NCBI RefSeq assembly: GCF_001447785.1
Contig: NW_015167655.1
Coordinates: forward strand, 13,602-77,601
Length of the DNA stretch: 64,000 nucleotides
Reading direction: 5' to 3'
DNA from: Gekko japonicus
Taxonomy: Eukaryota
In this document: positions 11,865 through 23,400 of the stretch, piece after piece
Position numbering within the stretch: position 1 is the first letter of the stretch
Layout of the letters: each line of letters opens with the position of its first letter
Notes under the pieces: generated by a model
Database searches by the model: none
What the model saw: only the letters and a program-made list of their open reading frames with translations
Told to the model about the DNA's origin: nothing
Program-made: the position numbers and the translations under genes

Positions 11865-12766
11865 CTGCGCCTTCCTCTTCTGCCCAATTGGCTTCCTGTC
11901 CTGGCTGCCACTTCCCTTTCACTTCTCTGCTCTGACCCTCCTCTGTTTCCTTCACGCGCGGGGTGTAGCTTCGGGGTACCAGCTGGCAGCCCAGTCTCCC
12001 TCCTTGTACTCTTCCAGTTTCCACCTGCCTCTTTCCCGTGCCCACTTTCAGCCTGGACTCTGCCTGCTCCTGCCCTCGCAAGTTGCCAGCTTTCTTGCTC
12101 GCTAGCCTTCCTCGGGGGCCTCCGCCCTGCTGCCTCTTCCAAGTTTTTGCTCTGGGATGAAGTTTTGCACTCCAATGGCTGGTGCACACAGCCCCACAGA
12201 CTCCGGGGGTCCTTTAAAGAGGCCGTTCTCTCTCTCTCTCTCTCTCTCTGCCTGTCTCGGTCTCTCTTGCTGGCCCCATGCCAGGCTTCTACCAGCTGCA
12301 GAAGGGAATCATAACCATGCATGTGATTCTCTGTTACAAAATAGAAGTGTGTGGGGTGGGGTGGGGGGGAAAAATCCCTCCACTAGGGTACAATATTGTT
12401 CTTGTGGATCCAGGGGGGGAAGAGAGAAGAGCGTTTGCACATTTATGACTCACGCAGCTGCCCTCCCCTTCCTCCAAACTGTCCAGCAGCCAACAAGCTT
12501 AGTGAATGCCTGTACCAGCTTAATTGGGGGACATGAGTTTGGCATAGAAATGCCACAGACTGTAGCTGGTGTGTTTATTAGCCCAGCATAGCTAAGCAGG
12601 GTCAGCCATGGTCACTACTTGGATGGAAGACCCCCAAGGAAGATGAGGGTTGCTATGCCGACGAATGTGATGGCAACCCATCTCTGAACATCTCTTGCCT
12701 CGAAAACACATGGCCCTGGGTTGCCATGAGTCAGTTGTAACTCGACAGTACACCATTATTATTATT

Positions 12767-13713
12767 GTGAATTGGCACAGTCAGACATTTGACGGGTAGA
12801 TGCAATTCGAGATCTAGTCAAATGATTGGGAATTGCAGAGGTATCTTTGTAGGATTCATGCTGTTGCAAGCAACACTGTCTTCTGGAGCTGAGCTGGTGT
12901 TATTTGCTCAGTGCCCAGAGTGTCCAGGTGTTTCCTGAGACTTCTAGGCACTGCTCCAAGGGCTCCAACGGCAACTGACAAGATGATCACCTTTTTCTCC
13001 CAGAGGCGCTCTAACTGTATTCATAAGTCTTGGTATTTCGTAATCTTCTCCTGTTCTTTCTTTTCTACTCTGCTGCCCCCTGGGATTACACTGTCAATGA
13101 TCCAAACCCTATTTCTCATTTCCCCCCCTACAATTGTCATCTGAGGAGTGTTATGCTCTAGGTGTTTGTCTGTTTGTAATTGAAGTCCCAAAGAATCTTT
13201 GTTTCTTCATTCTCCAAGATCATGTCTGGTTTGTGTTCCCATGAATTTCTGACTGATGGTAAGCCATACTTCTTGCAAAGATTCCAGTGCAACATAGCTG
13301 CAACTCTATCATGGCCTACTTTACAGTCAGTTTTGAGTAATTTTACTTCAGGCACTGACCAGGCCAGTTGACTGTTTCATCCTTTGTCTTGCAAAGTCGA
13401 CATTTGCTGTTATCACTGGTCTTCTGAGTCTTGGCTTGCATATTATATGTTCCAAGTGCAGCTAGAATGAGTCCTTCCATTTCTTTCTTCAAGTGCCCAT
13501 TTTGGAGCCACTTCCAGGTGTGTTTGTTATTAACTTTATTCTCTGTCTTTCAACTATTGCCCATGCAAGGCTTTTTCTTCCAGTTGTCAAAGTGAGTTTT
13601 GACTGCAACCTTTGTTGTAATCTTCTTTGGTTTCTGTAACCTTAAATAACTCTGCCTTGTACACTTCAACTAGAAGCTTCTCTTTGCTTTTCTTGGTGTA
13701 GCCATTCAGTTGT
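12767..13713 (-). mobile_element. 5'-truncated R4/Dong-clade non-LTR retrotransposon (degenerate)
   Basis: Frameshifted translation gives KCRLCKTKDETV (CCHC knuckle), HDRVAAMLHWNLCKKY, WEHKP...KILWDF and VWIID..IP...KEQEKITKYQDL (REL endonuclease). Flanked by (TAA)n on both sides. Confidence 0.75.
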
Positions 13714-13766
13714 TTATTATTATTATTATTATTATTATTATTTATTATTATTATTATTATTATTAT
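13714..13766. repeat. (TTA)n microsatellite
   Basis: Directly visible. Confidence 0.95.
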
Positions 13767-14473
13767 CCCCATGATTCCCTATTATTAAGAATATTTATAT
13801 GATACTTTCTCTTGAAACTCAGGACTCAAGGCAGCTTACAAAATATATGGCCAATCTAAAATAAAAAGACATCCAGCACTACTATGTCTATTTACTGCAA
13901 ACCCGAAACAACCCCCCGGTCCTGTCTTGATATCACTCAGCACTTCAAAATCTTATTTCAGTAATTGCAAAAAAACGCTCTGCAGGGGCAGCTGGTCTGC
14001 TGCTAAAATACTGCACAGCAAACAAAGACCTGCTGAGACAAAAATGTGAATAGCTGGCAGTCTGTAGACCAAGGTGATGATTGCAAGCCTGGCCCTTCCC
14101 AAGACCAGCTAAGGGGTCTTGATACGATCGCTAGGCAGGGGCTGGAGCTTTTCAGGTATTTTGCCTTTTGTACATTGCCCAGAGCTCGGTGTAAGCCAGG
14201 ACAAGGCAATTAATAAATCAAGATGAGGAGGAGGAGCTGGCAATCTGCAGGCTAATGTGGTAGCCAATTTACTAAGGTGGAGTTCTCCCAGAATTACTAC
14301 TGATCTCAAGACTACAGAGACCATGTCCCCTGGTGCAAATGGCAGCTTCCGAGGGTGGACTCTATGCAATCACATCCCCATAAAGCTACCTCCCCTCCAT
14401 AAACTCCACCTTCCCCAGGCTCCACCCCAAAATCTCCAGGAATTTCCCAAGCTGGAGTTGGCATCTATGTTGC

Positions 14474-14475
<2 letters not shown>

Positions 14476-14536
<61 letters not shown>

Positions 14537-14540
14537 TGTG
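14476..14540. repeat. (CT)n(GT)n compound microsatellite
   Basis: Directly visible. Confidence 0.95.
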
Positions 14541-15843
14541 GGAACAGCGACTGCTGGCATTAGGAATGCCAGCCTCCAGGTTCCCCTGAAGAAAATAGAT
14601 GCTTTGGAGGGTGGACTCCATGGCTCTGTACCACACTGAGGTCCCTGTCCTTCCCAAGACCCATCCCCAAATTTCCAGGAGTTTCCCAACCTAGAACTGT
14701 CAACCCAACCCCTGCTGATGGTCAAGGGGAACCTGGCAACCATAGCTGGCGAGACTTCAAATGATGGAATATGAAAGGTCTATCGTGCATAGATAAAGAT
14801 GACAAGAACATCCTGCAGGGGGCAGCAGAGGGGACAACTATTTAGCATAGTGAGATTAGGGACTTCCTACTATTTTCAAATAGTCTCCCTCCAGTTTCCT
14901 GATTGGCTCAATGTACCTGCTGAGCTTCTGCTAGTTACTGTCTTTCTCCTAGCTAGTTAGGCAGTTAGACTTCTTTTTCTCTCTCCTAGTTCTTACAAAG
15001 TCTGTTCTCTTCTTAATAAACCAACTTAATTCTCTAAACAGCTTGTGCTCCACTTTAGCGAATATCCACACTCTGCCTACAACAAAAGCAGATGGAGACC
15101 CAGATATGGTGGCCCTTTGTATGAAAAAGTTCCTGTGATCCATCACTGCGATTCTATATAGTATAGGAAATAGAATTAAAATTGTCAGTTTCTGGGAAAG
15201 GGTTTTCTACGCCCATGGATGCAGGATGTATAAGGTTGCCAAGTCCTACCTTTGTAATAGCGGGGGGAGTCCTTGCTTGAAAGTCTTCTAAAGGGGGAAG
15301 TTTCCTTTTGTGGTTACATTGTTTGTTGCTGGTCCTACAAAGGCCCATTAAGCAGCTGACAATCATAGACGGAGCGCTCCTGTCTTTCCTGTCTTTCCCA
15401 AGACTTTCAAGCAAGGAGAAGCGGGTGTACGATTCTAGAAACTCCCATTGGGGTTGATTGTGTAAAAAGGATGTAAATTGACTGGTAGCTATTAGATTAT
15501 ACAAACTGATTATTATTGTTGATATTGCATGTATAATGAATATATACCTGTTTAAGAATATTATGAATATTCTAATGCACAATGCACTTTATAAGATGGA
15601 ACATATAGAACACTTTAACTTATAAATAAGGTTTTTGCAGTGTATATATTTGTTGTTTGACTCTTCTAACACTGCAGCTCAAGTTTCCACACCTGCAGGT
15701 TGGCAACCCTGTATTCCAGATGTGCAAGATCCAGCCATAGGCTGAAGAGTCATTCTGCACAAGTCCGTAACATTCTCTTTTGAGATGGGGGGGGGGGGGC
15801 GAAAACTAGTACATCGGTCTGTCAACTTTTGCTCAGTTTAAAC

Positions 15844-16242
15844 CAGGGGTGTCAAACACACGGCCCTTGGGCCGGAACCGGCCTGTCCAGGGCTCTGATC
15901 CGGCGCGTGAGCAACTGGTGCTGTTCTCAACCCATGAAAGAAAAGGGGTTGCAAGAGGAGAAAAAACAACCCCTGGAGGTTTTGGAAACAGGATATCAGG
16001 CCTTCCCCTGCACCCCTCTGCTTCTATGGGAAATGCAGGAGGAATGAGAACTGGGGGGGGGGAGAGATCTGGGAGAGCCAGGCTTTTAGAAATCAATTGC
16101 TTAATCAGGTTTCCCTGTGTCTTTTATAAAGTTTATATCTCCAGTACCTGGAATTATATTTTATGACACACATGGCCCAGCCTGATAAACTGAAATTTAT
16201 GTCAGGTCCGGCCCTCGAAACAAAATGAGTTTGACACCCCTG
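15844..16242. mobile_element. hAT-Charlie-like MITE
   Basis: TIR CAGGGGTGTCAAAC and perfect 8-bp TSD gtttaaac. Confidence 0.85.
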
Positions 16243-16649
16243 GTTTAAACCTTAATATTTCTTCCAATCACAGCCAGTAACAGGCATTGTGGGGCCCTGC
16301 TCCATGCAAAAAATTCAGCCAGCATGATGGTAGAGTGAGTGATATACAGGCCCTGTAACTGGGTATTTTTCCGGGGGGGGGAACTAAGTTAATTAACAGA
16401 ACTAATTAAATTATCTTCATTAATTAGATTAAGGCAGCTGTGGAGGAAGAGGGGAGGAAGGCTGGGATCATTCTATGCTGGGGTGCCACTGGGTTGCCAA
16501 CTCCCGGGAAATTGCTGTCTTCACTGTGGAAGATGAGAAGACTGCTTGCCCACTCTAGAACCACTTATTTCAGGAGGGGTGTTGAAAGACCTGAGTCAGA
16601 CTGAAGTGACGAGTGTCTTACAACTGATAGACAACTTAAATGATAGACA

Positions 16650-17970
16650 ACAGGAGGTGGTGGCGGCTACAAGCATGGACGGCTTCAAAAGGGAATTAGA
16701 TAGGCATATGGAGCAGAGGTCCATCAGTGGCTATTAGCCACAAGGTATAGATAGGGGCTCTGGGGCAAGTGATGCTCTGTCTTCTTGGTGCTTGGGGGGG
16801 GGCAACAGTGGGATGGCTTCTAATGTCCTGGGCCCACTGCTGGACCTCCTGATGGCACCTGCTATTTTTGGCCACTGTGTGACACAGAGTGTTGGACTGG
16901 ATGGGCCTTTGGCCTGATCCAACATTGGCATCTCTTATGTTCTTAAGTGGCTAAATTTGCGGATGACACTAAATTGTTCAGGGTGGTGAGAACCAGGGAG
17001 GATTGTGAGGCACTCCAAAGGGACCTGTTGAGGATGGGCGAGTGGGCGTCAACATGGCAAATGGGGTTCAACATAGCCAGGTGGAAAGTGATGCACATTG
17101 GAGCCAAAAATCCTAACTATAAATATATGTTGATGGGGTCCAAACTGGTGGAGACTGACCAAGAGAGATATCTTGGAGTCATAGTAGATAGCTCACTGAA
17201 AATGTCAAGACAGTGTGCGACTACAGTAAACAAGGCCAACGCTATCCTCGGGATTATTAGGAAAGGAATTAAGAACAAATCAGTTAGTATCATAATGTCC
17301 CTGACTAAATCGATGGTGCGACCACATTTGGAATACTGTGTGCAATTCTGGTCACCACACCTCAAAAAGGATATTATAGCACTGGAAAAAGTGCAGAAAA
17401 GGGCAACTAGAATGATAAAAAGGTTTGGAACACTTTTCCTATGAAGAAAGGTTAAGGCACTTGGGGGTCTTTAGCTTGGAGAAATGACGACTGAGGGGTC
17501 ACATGATAGAGGTTTACAAGATTATGCAAGGGATAGAGCAGATCGAGATAGAAGTACTTTTCTCCCTTTCTCACAATACAAGAATTCATGGGCACTCAAT
17601 GAAATTGCTGAGCAGTCGGGTTAGAAGGAATAAAAGGAAGTATTTCTTCTCCCAAAGAGTGATTAACACATAGAATTCACTGCCACAGGAGGCGGTGATG
17701 GACGGCTTCAAGAGGAAATTGGACAAAGGTATGGAGCAGGTCCAACAGTAGCTATTAGCCACAAGGTATAGATAGGAACTCTTGGTCTGGGGCAAGTGAT
17801 GCTCCGTATTCTTGGTGCTGGGAGGGGGGGCAACAGTGGGAGGGCTTCTAGTGTCCTGGCCCCACTGCTGGACCTCCTGATGGCACCTGGTATTTTTGGC
17901 CACTGTGTGACAGTGTTGGACTGTATGGGCCATTGGCCTGATCTAACATTGGCTTCTCTTAGGTCCTTAT
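16650..17970 (+). mobile_element. CR1 LINE 3' fragments in tandem (RT C-terminus + 3' UTR)
   Basis: ORF 16947-17444 KFADDTKL...[31 protein letters not shown] is CR1 ORF2. Other CR1 pieces lie at ~4440-4600, 10510-10720, 25520-25735, 27290-27620, 30183-30380, 31130-31555, 36060-36400, 45850-46180 and 56320-56910. Confidence 0.9.
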
Positions 17971-18239
17971 ATTTGGGTGTGTGTGTGTATGGATTCCGAT
18001 AACCCTTGTGTTCAGTTGAGGGGGGGGTACCAGAGAGGCACTGGTGGGACAATTACTATATTTAATAGCAATGGGACTGGCGTGGCGTGGGAAGCTATAG
18101 AGGTTCAAAAGAAAGAGCAGGAAAAAATTTTCTCCAAGCCTGTTGGCAAGTCCAGAACAAACAAATCAGGGGAGCAAAGACTGAAAGAACGAACGAACAG
18201 AAGACTGGGATCGAAGAGCAGGAAAGAGCAGGTTCGTTC

Positions 18240-18422
18240 CTGTGCCTTTAAGGCGAAGCTCCCGTCGCTCCGCTCACGCATCTTTCTGTCCCTCAACGGC
18301 CACCGTTGATCTTTCCGGCAACTTCCTCAGGTGACCCAAACAGCGGCCGCGCGACAGAACACTCGCTTCCGGTGCTGCCGCCGCCTGTGGGAGGGAGTCT
18401 CCGGAGCCGAGCCCAGCGGGGG
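18240..18422 (+). promoter_or_regulatory. UBXN1: UBXN1 CpG-rich promoter and non-coding exon 1
   Basis: Local CpG enrichment, ETS/GABP-type CTTCCGG motif (18366-18372) and a donor GG|GTGAGG after 18422. The next exon's acceptor is at 20407, upstream of the ATG. Confidence 0.65.
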
Positions 18423-19805
18423 GTGAGGGGCGCCCTTCTCCCCCCCCCTCAGTGGCCATAGGAAAGGCGGGAAGGAGGTCTTCCCCACGTGACCAAGCCT
18501 GTCCTTCCTTTAGTTCCCCTGGGGGCAGTGCCCTGTGGAAGGGGGAGGAGCCCCCAGGGACCCCCTTCAGCCCTCCTTTGCAGATCGCTTTAATGCAGGG
18601 GGTCCCCCCTCTATTTTTATTCTGTAAAGGCTGCGTGGGGAAGCTGTAGCGGGGCGTAATGTGGGGGGAATCGGGGGGTAGCTGAGGGGGTGGGAATTGG
18701 CCCCATACCTGACTGTGTCAATTGGACTTACTGTCGGGGGGGGTGGGGGAGGTTGTGTTTGGGTCGATCTCTTAGGGGGTGGAACTGGACGTGTTTGGCG
18801 GACTTTCCGGCAATGAGTTGGCACTTATCTAAGAATTAGGGCTGTCCATAGGGAGCGGCATAGGCTCAGTGGCAGAGCCTTTGCTTCTTACATAGAAAGT
18901 CCCAGGTTCAGGCCCGGTCAAAGGGGTTAGGTGGCAGGTGAGGCAAAAGAACTCTGCTGCCAGTTGGAGTAGGCAGGACTTACCTTGATAGACAAATTGC
19001 CATACTCTGCGTTATGCAACTTCATGTGGAGAGTTGGATTTGTTCCTTGTAAAAATTGGACCTGCCCACAAATGGGCAGGGTCTTTCTCCTTTTTATTTT
19101 ATTATCCTTGCTCCTGTAACAGTGTTCAGGCATACAGAAATGAGCAGGTGGGGGTTCTTTGCCTTCACAAACTCTGCTCCACTGGATCAGACCTATGGTC
19201 TATCTAGCCCAGCATCTAGTTTAACCTAGCAGCTTACCAGATGTGCCCAGAAGGACCACAACAGGGCATGGAAGTCAAAGCGCTCTCTGTTGTTGCCCCC
19301 CCCCCACGCATATTGGTATTCAGAGAGTTACTGCCTCTGAACATGAAAATTTTATTATGATTTGTTGACTTCATTGGTACCTCATGTTTCTCCCCAGTGG
19401 AGACCCAGAGTGACATATATTGTTCTCGTCTCCTCCATTTCATCCTCACAACAGCCCTATGAGGGGAGGTTAGGCTAAAAGTGTGTAATTGGCTCAAGGT
19501 CACCCAGCATGCTTCTGCAGCGGAGTGGGGATTCGAACCTGGGCCTCCCAGATCCTAGTCCAGCATTCTTACCACTTCACCATCCTGTTTCTCTATTTAG
19601 GTTTCATTTAGTCATAATGGCTAATGTCATTCATTCTATGGCAGCAACTTCCAGTTGCCAGTCATTTTTTTTCCTGAGTGGAGAAGCACTTCCTTTTTCT
19701 ATCTGTAATCTTCCTCTTATCAGCCTCAGTGAGTGTTCCTGAGTTCTAGTATTATAGGAAAGGGGGAGGGAAAGTTCTCTTTATCCGCCTTTTATACTTT
19801 ATATA

Positions 19806-20299
19806 TGTTATGGGAGAGCCTACAACAGGCAGCCCTCCCCCTTTCCAAAACCATGTCTAGGGGAGAAACAATCAAGGCTTTTGGCTAACGGAGCATACAG
19901 TCTTTATTAAGGAGGATTGTCCCGGTTGCCTGCAAGAGCAGATCATGCAAACCCAGTGAACAAGATACTGAATCCTTCCTTAATAGGACACAGTAGGTAA
20001 AAGGTCAGGGTGTAGGATTTCAAAGAGAGTTCATCAATTCTGTTCCCAATCATAATTTTCTCTCTAACCTCTGTTCAGAATACATGCTACATTCCAAAAA
20101 GAAAAACCACGAAACTCTTTTCTGAGAGATAACATGACACCAGCCCTTGACTGAGATAGTTGCTAAGGGAACAGAGGTCAAAAAGAAGCAGATCCACAGT
20201 GGGGGGGACTCAGGCAGGAACACAACGTTCTAAAATTTGGCAAACCAACATAGGCTCGTAACTTAAAGACTATTATAAGACGTGTAAAATTCCTTAACA
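19806..20299 (-). mobile_element. Possible solo LTR
   Basis: TG...CA ends (tgttatggg / ccttaaca), imperfect 5-bp flank atata/atgta, AATAAA on the minus strand. Not confirmed. Confidence 0.35.
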
Positions 20300-20427
20300 A
20301 TGTAAAACAGTCCTGAATTTGGAAGGGGCCCAAGGGACGGGTGGGCAACGCTCTGTGGCTGAGACCTGCAGTCAGCCCCGGGGTTTCTGCTGTTTTCTTT
20401 TGACAGAGCTTCCTGCAGCAGTTCGTG

Positions 20428-20483
20428 ATGGAGTGCACGGCCCTGGAGAGCCTCATCGAGATGGGCTTCCCCCATAACAGAGC
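20428..20483 (+). CDS. UBXN1: UBXN1 coding exon 1 (UBA start)
   Basis: [19 protein letters not shown]; acceptor ttttgacAG before 20407; donor GC|gtacgt. Confidence 0.93.
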
Positions 20484-23400
20484 GTACGTCTCTATCTCTG
20501 CGAAGGGTGGGATACAGATTTGATAGATTAAATATGAAGGGGGTGGGAATCAAGGCAGGGGAAAGGCAGCCCTTTTCAAAATGCTTCCATGATCCTGGGG
20601 GGCTGGAAGTGAAGCTCAGCATCCGAAGCTTAATTCAGGAAGGCACATGGGAGAGAGTTTGTGTGTCTGTGCAGGAAGGTTTCCCTGCTGTCTCTCTGTG
20701 CTTGAGCACACGACTGGGTCTGCAGAAAGCAGTGAGGGAAGCAGAGGGGGAGATTCTGCAGCTTTTTAATGGGTACGGAGTTCTCTGCATCCGTCACTGG
20801 GAAAGTGGAGAGGTGGAACGGGCTTGCACGTGTGCATTGCCAGCTTTTCTCAAGGGAGCCATGAACCCCAGTCCAAATGTGTTTTTGCTGTCCCTTTCAG
20901 AGAGAAGGCACTGGCCCTGACGGGGAACCAGGGCATTGAACCCGCGATGGATTGGTGAGTCATCTGGGCGTGGTTTTTCTGTCTTACATACTCCTCCTCC
21001 TTTTTCGTCCCCTGACCGGTGCGCCTCTGTTCCCTCCAGGCTGATGGAACATGAGAACGACCCTGACCTAGACGATCCATACGTACCACCCCAGGGCCAT
21101 GTGCTGAGCCCCGAGGAGCCTCCTGAGGGAAGGACGCCTGAGGTGGTAGAAGGTGGAACAGGTCAGAGCAAATTGGGATGTGCTGAGGTGGGAGGACTGG
21201 TCTGTGGTAACGTCAGCAGAGAGTCGCCATTACCGCAGCTTGGTTCTTGCCGGCATCTGCCGTGGGCGGAGGGTGTAGAGGTAAATTTGGTTACCATTCA
21301 TGGTTGGTCTTTCAAACTAGGCTACAGCAGTCATGGGCTCCTCTTCCAGTGACTTCAGAAATGTGCAAACAGAAAATGTTGCCTGTACAATTTGGACAGT
21401 CTCTTTTTTTAAAATACGCGTGTATAATTGTCAATTAATTTCCTCACATCTCTTTATATCTCAGTATTGCACATAAAGCACCTCTAGATTTAAACTGCCC
21501 CGACCTGGATAGCCCAGGCTGGTCAGATCTCAGACGCTAAGCAGGGTCAGCCCTGGCTACTATTTGGAGGGGAGACCTCCAAGGAATACCAGGATCATGA
21601 CATGGAGGCAGGCAGTGGCAAACCACCTCTGAACATCTCTTGCCTTGAAAACCCCAATGGGGCTGACATAAGTCAACTGTGACTTGATGGCAAAAAGAAA
21701 AAAAGGATTTAAAGCAAATTAAAACGGCTTTACGTCCGTATGCTGATATGGCAAAAATGAACTCCTGTTGGCATCAAAGAACAGATCTTCAAGCTGACTA
21801 AGGAAGATTTGGTGCCCAGTTGCGAGAAACTCTAGTGGCATTGCCTACAGTCAGGCAGCAAGATTCTGAGGATTCTTAAACTGAGACTTTCGCTACTACA
21901 GGTAGTTCTTGGAAACCTTCTGCCTGTTAAAACAAATGCAGAGGCTCACAGAATTTTGCAGGAGGAAGTCAGTACTAAGCCAGACCCCACAAATCTGTCA
22001 TGTTACTGCTTCTGTTTCTTTCTGAACCTTCTCCCTCACTATCTCAGGCCTGGTTCATCTTAAAGAAAAATCTCACTACCCTTAATATAGGTTACTTATC
22101 AAGTTAGCTAAACACCGTACAAAACATATATTAAAAAGAGATAAGCTCTGCTTAGGGGTCCCAAATCTTTTTGAGACTGTGGGCACCTTGGGAGTCCTGA
22201 CACAGGATGGTGGCCACTGTGGGAGGCGGAGCCAACCACAAAATGGCCACTGCAGGTGGCAGAGAAAGAGACACACACACAAAAGGAAAACCCAAATGCA
22301 TGCAACAGGAAGAGTAATTCTTAAAAATACACTGTAAAAGAGGAGAGAGAGAGAGAGAGAATAAGACAAAACACTATATGGTGGCAGCTTGTGCTGAAAC
22401 CATGTTATTTTAATCTGCTCAGCCAATCAGACCCCCAATACTAACTATAAGATCTGCTGGGCAGCAGCCCCACCTGGCCATACACACTTTCCAAAAACCT
22501 TTGACGGGCACCAGGAAAGGTGTCTGTGGGTGCCATGGTGCCCACAGGCACGATTTTGGGGACCCCTGGCTTTAGAGGCTTACAATCTAAAGAGGCAGCA
22601 GGAAAAGGAAAGAGGACACTAAAGGAAAGGGGGTCTAGTTACAGCATCTCCAGGAGCAGGTTTAGGGAATCCCTTTCTTTGTACGGGGCCCAGAGAAGAG
22701 TACCTTGAGCTAGATGTACCATTGACTGGTGACAGAGCAGGGTTGTGAACTGGGGTATTCTCTAGTTACTCTACGGAAGGGCCTGCAGCCAGTGATTACA
22801 GCCACTTGCTTTGCATGTCTGCAGGAGTCCCCAGATTTTGTTTCCTGGCATCTCATACATAGAAGGGTCTCAGGCAACAGGTAGCTGCAGGAGACTTTCC
22901 CCTGCCTGAGATCCTGGAGAGCTGCTGCCCAATGCTGAGCTGCATGGACCAGTGGACCGACTCTGTCTAAGGCAACTGTCTACATTCAGGGAAGGAGAGG
23001 CAGAGGTTAAAGGTCAGAATGAGGAGAGGAGAGGTACAGTTTTCAAGCACAGTTTCAAGCAACACCTTTGAGGTGTTTGGTGAGGTGTGGACCCAGTTAC
23101 AAGCAACAGAAGAGTTGGTGTTACAAAGAAAGGCATTCAAGACGATTCATGCTGTAGCATTCCCCATCTCAATGTATGGTGTGAAAGTTGGACAATGAAG
23201 AAAGCTGACAGGAATAATTCTTGTCAAATAATGAAGATTTTGTTCCCTGGTCTCTCTCCCCGAACACTCAGCTTTCCCCTTCCGTGGGTCAGAGGATAAT
23301 AAGAGACTTTTCTCTCCGTAGATCCAACGTTAGAGGAGTTAGCTGAGGAAGATAACCGGCGCCCTCTGAGTGAAGAAGAGAAACGGGAGCAGACAAAGAG

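Noticed and set aside
16947-17444. Reverse-transcriptase-like ORF as a host gene or novel RT system
   Set aside because: It is a 5'-truncated, frameshifted CR1 ORF2 remnant.
21505-21695. 5S rRNA-like sequence (also 28950, 39375, 48384, 59890)
   Set aside because: The 5S portion is partial, diverged and fused to a common non-5S body, so these are SINEs rather than rRNA genes.
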